Assembly: GCA_964016885.1 (NCBI GenBank)
Contig: OZ024763.1
Coordinates: 26,970,001 to 27,034,000, forward strand
Direction of reading: 5' to 3'
Source: Eledone cirrhosa
Lineage: Eukaryota
Length of the DNA: 64,000 nucleotides
In this document: in pieces, positions 63,846 to 64,000 of the stretch
Position numbering within the stretch: position 1 is the stretch's first letter
How the letters are laid out: each line of letters starts with the position of its first letter
Translations under genes and position numbers: made by a program
The notes under the pieces: model-generated
Seen by the model: only the letters and a program-made list of their open reading frames with translations
The model's database searches: none
Told to the model about the DNA's origin: nothing

Positions 63846-64000
63846 TAATTCAAATAAACTATTGTTTCTGACGATCCCGTAACAAGTTGAAAGCAGTGAT
63901 TCTTTGCTTAAACTTTAATTTGTACTCATAATAAATAAATAAACATATGTATTTATGTGTGTATACATGTATATGCGTTGCTTTGATGCTATTTCTAGTA

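Overview
This is AT-rich, repeat-saturated eukaryotic DNA. The SINE/LINE repertoire and the very high (TA)n density look like a cephalopod (octopus-type) genome, which is an inference. I find no intact host gene, only one candidate 73-nt exon. Most long ORFs in the track are artefacts of microsatellites or of a stop-free pyrimidine strand. Recognisable content: decayed RTE-clade LINEs (one family with a PHD finger inside the RT), an L1/Tx1-type 3' fragment, several tRNA-derived SINE families, piggyBac- and Tc1/mariner-type MITEs, long fold-back elements, a 9-kb 57-bp satellite derived from a SINE head, and a 10-kb polypurine minisatellite. The most striking signal is about a dozen complete or partial type-I hammerhead ribozyme motifs from roughly eight unrelated sequence families. 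They sit in short non-coding elements next to (TA)n tracts and are often folded back into palindromes. In one family two copies are truncated exactly at the predicted GUC cleavage site. This points to a diverse Penelope-like or retrozyme-like system of non-autonomous ribozyme retroelements. All structures were read by eye and none was computed or searched.
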